Assembly (NCBI GenBank): GCA_031367385.1
Contig: JANLPS010000282.1
Coordinates: forward strand, 1 to 25,097
Reading direction: 5' to 3'
Origin: Archangium sp.
GTDB taxonomy: Bacteria > Myxococcota > Myxococcia > Myxococcales > Myxococcaceae
Length of the DNA stretch: 25,097 nucleotides
The notes below the pieces were generated by a model, which was not told where the DNA came from, did not search any database, and saw only the letters and a list, made by a program, of their open reading frames with translations. Of the stretch, positions 19,136 through 25,097 are shown piece after piece (positions within the stretch are counted from its first letter, which is position 1; each line of letters starts with the position of its first letter). Position numbers and translations under genes: made by a program.

Positions 19136-21670
19136 TCATGCGCTCACGCCAACGCCATTCAGAGGCGGTACCACCGACTTCACCGCCTGCACTCGCGCGA
19201 TCGGCACCGGCCATGCCCCCAACCGCGTCGTCAATCGGCCGATAATCGCCAGCGCCACCGCGATGAAGAAGTCGAACGGTATCGCCTCGGTGCCCATGTC
19301 GCCGAAGGCCTGCAGCACGTAGGTCACCATGATGCTCAGCGCGGTCAGCAACGCCACCCGATCATCGAAGGTCTGCGCCTTTCGCAGCGTTCGCGCGAAG
19401 AAGAACGCCGCGATGCCGAGGTAGAGCAGCACGCAGGTCAAGCCGACGATTCCTCCGATCCACAAGAGCCAGAGCACGGAGTTGTGACCCACGTGCCCGA
19501 AGTTCGATTGGCTGAAATCGTTCGACGGCACGAACTCGGTGAAGGCATGACCGAAGCCCTGCCCGAAGATCATGTTGCCCTCCCATGACTTGAGCAGGTT
19601 GAAGTTCTCGATGTCGCGCTCGACGTTCGAGCTCTCTTCTTCAGTCTCTTCGGCCGGAGCGATGATCGACCGGATCTTCTGCACCGGCTTGAAGATGCTC
19701 GACCGCGCGCTCCACCCGACGACGAAGTACATCATCAGCACTGGCAACATCAGCACGAAGCCCTGCGTGACCAGCCGCTTCATGCGGTGCCGCGGGCTCA
19801 CCCAGTAGATGAACAACAGCGCCACCGCGATGTCGACGTACGCGATGCGCCGGTCGTTGAGCCGCAACGCCATCGCGACGAACGCCATCCACGCGGTGGC
19901 TTGAAAGAGGTGCCGCCAGGTCGGTTTTTCCCACAGCATCAAGAAGCAGACGACGCTCGCCGTCACGAACAACATCGTGTCGTTGTGCCCGGTGGTGTGC
20001 GGAGGGAACTTGCCGCTCGGGTACGCGATTGCATAGATGAAATACATGCCCAGCAACGACTTCACGATGCTGCCGAGCACCAGCGTGCCCAACACCAGCT
20101 TCACGTCACGGGGAAAATCGAAGGCGTACATCACCAGCGTGCTGATGACGGGCAGCATCGCCAGCACTCGAAATTGCCACAGCGCTTCGCGAAAGATGCC
20201 GCCTCGCAGAATGCCGTACCCGAACAGCACGATGATCGCCGCGCCTGAGAAGAGCACCGCCAGGCGCAGCTCCCTGGGCGCGAGGTTGGTCGTGGGGTCG
20301 AGCGGCAGCGCCCGCGACTTGGCCCGCAGCCGCCGCGCGATGGTCAGCACCACCAGCCCCATCACCGCCAGCTCGAACCCGGTGAACCACGCGATGTTCG
20401 AGAAAAACAGGCGGCCCGCGTCGGTCACCGGCGAGTGCCACAAGCGGTAGTACGGGCGATCAGACGGGTCATCGAGCGTCACCGCCGCGAGCATCAACAA
20501 CAGCAGCGGCCACTTGAGCGGCAACGACCAGAGCGCCCAGCACACGAAGGCGATGATCAACGGAGCGAAAGTAATCAGCGCGTTGCCTTCGGAAACCGCG
20601 AACGAGACGCCGCACGCCACCGACAGCACCGTCACCAGCACCAGCGCCCGCCGGTTGAGCGGCTCTTCGAGGCCCTTCCACGGCACCCAGCCGCTCGCGA
20701 TCACCGGCACCCGCAGCTCCCGGGTCAGCTGGCCGCCCGACATCACGCGGCCACCGGCGATTGACAGCGCGATCGCTCCGACCACCCCAGAGGCGACCGA
20801 GATCAACAGCAACAGAAACCCCATCAACGCCAGCGGCAACCCCTCGGGCACTTTGGGCCGCACCGCGGGGTGCACCACGGTGAAGCGCAGGGTGTTCGAG
20901 CGGCGCACCACCTCGGCGCTGATGTGCTTCTCTTCGGCGCGCAGCATCAGGTCGGCCTCGCGCGATTGATCACGCCGCAGCTGCTCGGTCTCGGCTTCGA
21001 GCGACGGCCGGTGCCCGCGCGCGGCGGCCCGAACCAGCTCGTCGCGAATGTTCTCGGCGCGGGTGACGACCTCGGAGTGCACTCCCGAGAGCTGATCATC
21101 GAGCGTTCGCGCCACCGCTTCGAGCGCCTCGGCGTCGCGGCTCTCGCGCAGGTGCTCGAGCGTGGCCACCGAGGCCTCGACCAGGCCGAAGGCGACGTCG
21201 CGCGAAGGCCACTCGACCCAGATCTTCACGTGGTCGGTGGTGACGCTGACGCTCAGGCGCTGCTCGAGCATCGCCACCAGCGCATCGAGCACGTCTTCTT
21301 CTTTCGGAGGCCCGCGAAAGAACGCCACCACCCGATCTTTGACCCGCTGGGGCACGGTGCGAGAGCTCTGCCACTGGTCGACCAGCCCCACCCGCTTGAC
21401 CAACGCGACCAGCTGCTCGTGCGCGGTGAGCTGCTCGGTCAATTCGTTGAGCCCATCTTTGGGAGACGGCACCGGCGCGAAGGGGTTGGCCAACCGGTGA
21501 ATGGTGACGGGCTCGGCGACGTAGACATCGGCTCCGACGCGCCAGGTGCGAGGCATCGCTGAGAAGACCGCCGCGCCGACCGCCGCGGTGATCAGCGCGC
21601 ACACCGCCGCCGCCTGGCGATGCCGCCGAAGAACCACTCGCAAGAACTGGCGCGCTCCCGGAGTCTTCAT
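19136..21670 (-). CDS. Fusion of a polysaccharide co-polymerase (Wzz/Wzc-N-like PCP) and a Wzy/O-antigen-ligase-like polymerase
   Basis: The N-terminal ~325 aa have a TM, a periplasmic coiled-coil region, FTVVHPAVRP, a second TM and the PCP-type tail QLTRELRVPVIA. The C-terminal ~515 aa are multi-TM with Wzy_C-like features (LNDRRIAY, SNVERDIEN, IFGQGFG, GHNSVLWLLWIGGIVG). Confidence 0.82.
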   Translation of the reverse strand: MKTPGARQFLRVVLRRHRQAAAVCALITAAVGAAVFSAMPRTWRVGADVYVAEPVTIHRLANPFAPVPSPKDGLNELTEQLTAHEQLVALVKRVGLVDQWQSSRTVPQRVKDRVVAFFRGPPKEEDVLDALVAMLEQRLSVSVTTDHVKIWVEWPSRDVAFGLVEASVATLEHLRESRDAEALEAVARTLDDQLSGVHSEVVTRAENIRDELVRAAARGHRPSLEAETEQLRRDQSREADLMLRAEEKHISAEVVRRSNTLRFTVVHPAVRPKVPEGLPLALMGFLLLLISVASGVVGAIALSIAGGRVMSGGQLTRELRVPVIASGWVPWKGLEEPLNRRALVLVTVLSVACGVSFAVSEGNALITFAPLIIAFVCWALWSLPLKWPLLLLMLAAVTLDDPSDRPYYRLWHSPVTDAGRLFFSNIAWFTGFELAVMGLVVLTIARRLRAKSRALPLDPTTNLAPRELRLAVLFSGAAIIVLFGYGILRGGIFREALWQFRVLAMLPVISTLVMYAFDFPRDVKLVLGTLVLGSIVKSLLGMYFIYAIAYPSGKFPPHTTGHNDTMLFVTASVVCFLMLWEKPTWRHLFQATAWMAFVAMALRLNDRRIAYVDIAVALLFIYWVSPRHRMKRLVTQGFVLMLPVLMMYFVVGWSARSSIFKPVQKIRSIIAPAEETEEESSNVERDIENFNLLKSWEGNMIFGQGFGHAFTEFVPSNDFSQSNFGHVGHNSVLWLLWIGGIVGLTCVLLYLGIAAFFFARTLRKAQTFDDRVALLTALSIMVTYVLQAFGDMGTEAIPFDFFIAVALAIIGRLTTRLGAWPVPIARVQAVKSVVPPLNGVGVSA

Positions 21671-21840
21671 CAGCCCAATCGCGGCACGACGAAGCGCACC
21701 AGAAACACGAAGAAGATGTTGAAGGCGACGACAGAGACCAGCGCCCGCTTGAGGCCGCGCTGAGGCAGCGGGTCGCGCGCCGCGATGATGGGCAGCGCGA
21801 GCAGCGCCAGAACCACCGACATGAGGACCAATTTACTCAC
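21670..21840 (-). CDS. Small 56-aa two-TM membrane protein (absent from the ORF track)
   Basis: GTG at 21840 gives MSKLVLMSVVLALLALPIIAARDPLPQRGLKRALVSVVAFNIFFVFLVRFVVPRLG; its TGA overlaps the ATG of the PCP-Wzy gene (TGATG); GC3-rich codons. Confidence 0.8.
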   Translation of the reverse strand: MSKLVLMSVVLALLALPIIAARDPLPQRGLKRALVSVVAFNIFFVFLVRFVVPRLG

Positions 21841-21882
21841 GGAAGTTTTTTACCACGGGTCTGTTAAGGCCGCGCCAGGCCT

Positions 21883-22818
21883 ATGAACATCTTTTCGACT
21901 CCCCTGTTTCTCGAGACCGCTGGCGCCCTCTTCTACCCCCAGCGGGAGCGGAGCATCGAGACCTTCGAGCTCGAGGGCCGGGTGCTGCGGTTGTTGGTGG
22001 TTGATCAGAAGACCGTCGTGCGCACGATGCCCTTCTACGACTACCCGCAGCCGCTCGACGTGGCGCCTGAGGGGCTGGTGAAGCCGCTGTCGTTTTTCCC
22101 CCGTACGGTGGTGAAGACGACGTTGGTCGAAGAGCGGGTCGGGGCCGAGCCGCCGGGGTTTCAGCCGTCTCCGTACATCGAGTGGGCGCGGGTGGGTGAT
22201 TGGGCGGCGTACACCAAGCTCATCGACGAGCGGCCGAAGATCAAAGCCAACGATTCAGCGCGGCAGATTCGGCGCATCACCAAAGACGTGGGGCCGTTGT
22301 CGTTCATCTTCGATGATCAGCGCCCGGAGGTGTTCGACGCCGTCGTTCGGTGGAAGTCGGCGCAGTACATCAGCACCGGAGTCGGCGACATGTTCGCGCG
22401 GCCAGCGAACGTGGAGCTGTTTCGGCAGCTGCAGGCGAGGAAGGCCGTGGTGGTGAGCAGTCTGACCGCCGGCTCGACGTTGGTGGCGGCGCACTTCGGC
22501 TCGCTGACCGATGAACGAATGACCTGGTGGGTACCGGCGTACGACTCGGCGTATTCGAAGTATTCGCCCGGGCGGCTGATGCTCGAGAAGTTGCTCGAGG
22601 AGAGCCATCGTTTGAAGCACCTCGAGTTCGACTTCTTGATCGGCGACGAGGGGTACAAGTTCAATTTCGCGACGCACAACCGGGTGATTGGGCCGCTGGG
22701 CACTCCGGGGTTGCGCGAGCGGGTGCTGACGCGGGCGCAGAAGGAGGCCAAGGGGCTGCTGCGGCGGTTTCCTCGGGTGTACGACCTTGCGAAAGAAGTG
22801 CGCAGACGGCTTCGCTGA
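21883..22818 (+). CDS. GNAT-family N-acetyltransferase (CelD/BcsL-like, Acetyltransf_6)
   Basis: LVAAHFG, PAYDSAYSKYSPGRLML, EFDFLIGDEGYK motifs; divergent from the polysaccharide polymerase genes. Confidence 0.85.
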   Translation: MNIFSTPLFLETAGALFYPQRERSIETFELEGRVLRLLVVDQKTVVRTMPFYDYPQPLDVAPEGLVKPLSFFPRTVVKTTLVEERVGAEPPGFQPSPYIEWARVGDWAAYTKLIDERPKIKANDSARQIRRITKDVGPLSFIFDDQRPEVFDAVVRWKSAQYISTGVGDMFARPANVELFRQLQARKAVVVSSLTAGSTLVAAHFGSLTDERMTWWVPAYDSAYSKYSPGRLMLEKLLEESHRLKHLEFDFLIGDEGYKFNFATHNRVIGPLGTPGLRERVLTRAQKEAKGLLRRFPRVYDLAKEVRRRLR

Positions 22819-23093
22819 GAGACCGGCGTCGCTCCACGTTCGAGCAGGTGCGGGGTCGTCCGCGTGTGGCCTCCGCTGTGAGCGGAAGTCGCGTGGCTCA
22901 TGGCGTGGTTGAGAAATCGCCGTCGATGGGCGCCGAATAGGGCCCGACGAGGCTGTGTTGGCCCAGGTTCAGCAGCAGTTTTCAAGGCGTTCTTCGGCGT
23001 CTTGGGCGAGACCCGGGTGACCACGTGAAGAACTTCGCGAGTGAGGTGCCGTCTGTGGCTGCGCGGGCTGATGCGGCGGCGGCGGACGATTTA

Positions 23094-23504
23094 GTCGAGC
23101 GTGTTCGGGCGGCGCGGCGAGAAGCTCGGATCCGCTTTCAGCGCGGTGGAGTGCGGCGACTCGCTGGTATCGATGAGCTCACTTCTGAACCGAAGAGCAT
23201 CGCAGCGCTTGCGGACGATTCATTAAGCCGTGGCGCCGAGTGTGTTCGGCCGGCGGGGCGAGAAGCGCTGCTGCGCTTTCAGCGCCTTGGAGTGCGGCGA
23301 CTCACTGGTACTGCTGACCTCACTTCCGAACCGGAAAGCCTCGCCGCGGCTTCGTACGATTCGTTGCTCCGTGGCGTCGAGCGCGTTCGGCCGGCGGGGC
23401 GAGAAGCGCTGATCCGCTTTCAGCGCCCTGGAGTGCCGAAGGGCGCTGGTACCGGTGAGCTCACTTCTGAACCGAGGAGTCTCGCCGCACCTGCCGACGA
23501 TTCA
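23094..23504 (+). repeat. Degenerate 141-bp tandem repeat (about 3 copies)
   Basis: GCGAGAAGC at 23117, 23258 and 23399; shared CGCTTTCAGCGC, GGAGTGC, CTCACTTCYGAACCG and ACGATTC blocks; units start near 23094, 23235 and 23376. Confidence 0.92.
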
Positions 23505-23717
23505 TCGGATCAAACGTCGGTGAGAGAAGCTGTGCTTCGCCCTCAGAGCCCTGGCGACCACCAGCGCCCTCGGACTGTTCAACGCTCGCGCGACGAGAGC
23601 GGTCTTGCGGCGCGAGGCTGTCACGTCGAAGCCCTGCTCGGTGACGTGGAGCGGGCTGCAGCGCGAGAAACGCGCGTGGGTAACGGCGAACGAGATTTTC
23701 CGGCTGGGCACAGCGCC

Positions 23718-25007
23718 GTGAGAAGGATGTTGTGCTCGCTGGTGCAGGTGACGAGTGTGCTCATCATGGTCGGCTGCACGGGCGCTGCAACAACGGGATC
23801 AGGCACGATCGCAAGCCGTGAAAACGATGCAGGTGGCGCAACGGTGAAAGCTGACGCGGGCATCACGTCGTTCGGCAACGGAGGTACCGGATCGGGTGGA
23901 GATTTTTCCGACGGCGGCATCAGCCGTGGCGGCGGAGATGGTGGCGGCGGCACCGGAAGCGGCGGCGGCACCGGAAGCGGCACCGGAAGCGGCACCGGAA
24001 GCGGCGGCGGCACCGGTAACGGCGGCGGCGGCACCGGGAACGGCGGCGGCACCGGGAACAGCGGCGGCACGGGAAGCGGCGGCGGTACGGGCAGCGGCGG
24101 CGGCACTGGAAGCGGTGGCGGCACCGGCAGCGGCGGTGGTACGGGCAGCGGCGGCGGCACTGGGAACGGCGGCGGCACGGGAAGCGGTGGCGGCACCGGA
24201 AGCGGCGGCGGTACGGGCAGCGGCGGCGGCACTGGCAGCGGTGGCGGTACTGGCGGCGGAGGCGGCACCGGAAGCGGTGGCGGTACCGGCGGCGGCGGCA
24301 CAGGAAGCGGTGGCGGTACTGGCGGCGGCGGCGGCACCGGAAGCGGTGGCGCGTTCGGAGAAACGCACGCCGGCAGCTACAACATCGGTCCCGTCGATTG
24401 GCAGGGCAGCGTCTTCAACAACTCCTGCAGCCCCTACCCCATCGCGATTCAAACCCTCGAAGGCATGTACCTCGCGGGAGTCGACAACTCCGTCAACTTC
24501 AGCGGCGCATACTGCGACGCCTGCGCGCAAATCACGACCCGCATGGGCAAGACGCTCTTGGTGCGAATCGTCACCACGGGCGTCTCGAAAGCTCCTGGAG
24601 ACATGGACCTGAGCCTCGAGGCCTACGACGCGATTCATCTCGATGACCCGCAGGGCACACCCACCATTCCTCGGCCGATGACGTGGCGCTTCGCGAACTG
24701 CGCAGCGGCTTCAACCATTCGGCTGCAATTTCAAACCGAGGCCAACGCGTACTGGACGAGCCTGTGGGTGCGAAACGCAAACCTCCCCTTGAGATCGGTC
24801 AAGGTGAAGAGCACCAAGCACGCTGCGTTCACCGAGCTTCGGCGAGAGACAGACGGCACGCTCAACGACGACAACGGCTTCGGCGCGGGGGCGTTCACGT
24901 TGCAACTGACCGCCGTCGATGGCCAGGTGGTCGAGCAGACCTTCACCGGGTTTAGTCCCAATGCTGGTCATTTAGCAGCGGGGCGCTGGACCCATTTCTT
25001 GTCGTAA
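23718..25007 (+). CDS. Expansin-like (EXLX1-type DPBB + CBM63-like) lipoprotein with long Gly/Thr/Ser linker; last 15 residues derived from an IS
   Basis: Start reassigned to GTG 23718 (MRRMLCSLVQVTSVLIMVGC). CDACAQIT, GDMDLSLEAY, MTWRFANC, NAYWTSLWVRNANLPL and FTLQLTAVDGQ are expansin-like. Confidence 0.82.
   Translation: MRRMLCSLVQVTSVLIMVGCTGAATTGSGTIASRENDAGGATVKADAGITSFGNGGTGSGGDFSDGGISRGGGDGGGGTGSGGGTGSGTGSGTGSGGGTGNGGGGTGNGGGTGNSGGTGSGGGTGSGGGTGSGGGTGSGGGTGSGGGTGNGGGTGSGGGTGSGGGTGSGGGTGSGGGTGGGGGTGSGGGTGGGGTGSGGGTGGGGGTGSGGAFGETHAGSYNIGPVDWQGSVFNNSCSPYPIAIQTLEGMYLAGVDNSVNFSGAYCDACAQITTRMGKTLLVRIVTTGVSKAPGDMDLSLEAYDAIHLDDPQGTPTIPRPMTWRFANCAAASTIRLQFQTEANAYWTSLWVRNANLPLRSVKVKSTKHAAFTELRRETDGTLNDDNGFGAGAFTLQLTAVDGQVVEQTFTGFSPNAGHLAAGRWTHFLS
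23941..24350 (+). repeat. Approximately 18-bp coding repeats (GGGTGS/GGGTGN linker)
   Basis: About 20 iterations of GGCGGCGGCACCGG(A/C)AGC-like units with synonymous variation. Confidence 0.92.
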
Positions 25008-25097
25008 GCGCTCATCTTGATCTTCACGACGCGTGGAAAACTGCGCTTCGGACGGCGTGGCGGCAGCAGTAAGAGTCGCATGCGTTGCCTGAGGTCC
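24959..25097 (-). mobile_element. IS4-family insertion sequence, right end (continues beyond the window)
   Basis: Terminus CAATGCTGGTCATTTAG at 24959 resembles IS4-subgroup inverted repeats (recalled as TAATGCCAGTCAGTTAAG-like); the transposase stop codon lies inside this repeat; lower GC than the flank. Confidence 0.78.
24968..25097 (-). CDS. IS4-family transposase, C-terminal fragment
   Basis: Minus-strand translation DLRQRMRLLLLPPRRPKRSFPRVVKIKMSAYDKKWVQRPAAK* shows the LPxRR..R.(F/Y)PRVVK tail typical of IS4-subgroup transposases. Confidence 0.78.
   Translation of the reverse strand, partial: DLRQRMRLLLLPPRRPKRSFPRVVKIKMSAYDKKWVQRPAAK

Overview
GC-rich bacterial DNA that looks myxobacterial (Myxococcota), inferred from the many Cys-rich and Gly-rich lipoproteins, a DUF1592/DUF1552 gene pair and a stand-alone PilZ gene. 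The core is glmU-glmS with an apparently vacant attTn7 site carrying a REP-like hairpin. Around it lie envelope and secreted functions: a 5'-truncated GH3 NagZ-like hydrolase with N-terminal 35-aa repeats, a lipoprotein with 13 tandem knottin-like modules, a probably sigma54-driven small lipoprotein, a pectin-acetylesterase-like lipoprotein, an apparent polysaccharide co-polymerase (PCP)-Wzy fusion preceded by a 56-aa membrane protein missing from the ORF track, a CelD/BcsL-like GNAT, and an expansin-like lipoprotein whose 3' end is interrupted by an IS4-family element running off the window. The most notable observations are (i) a D-[AG]-G tripeptide found about 40 times in exported proteins and not at all in the cytoplasmic ones, a candidate extracytoplasmic modification signal; (ii) the PCP-Wzy fusion; and (iii) three tandem arrays (105, 42 and 141 bp), including a helically phased 42-bp array upstream of an unknown helical protein with a basic tail. 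All family assignments come from motif recognition by eye; no searches were run.
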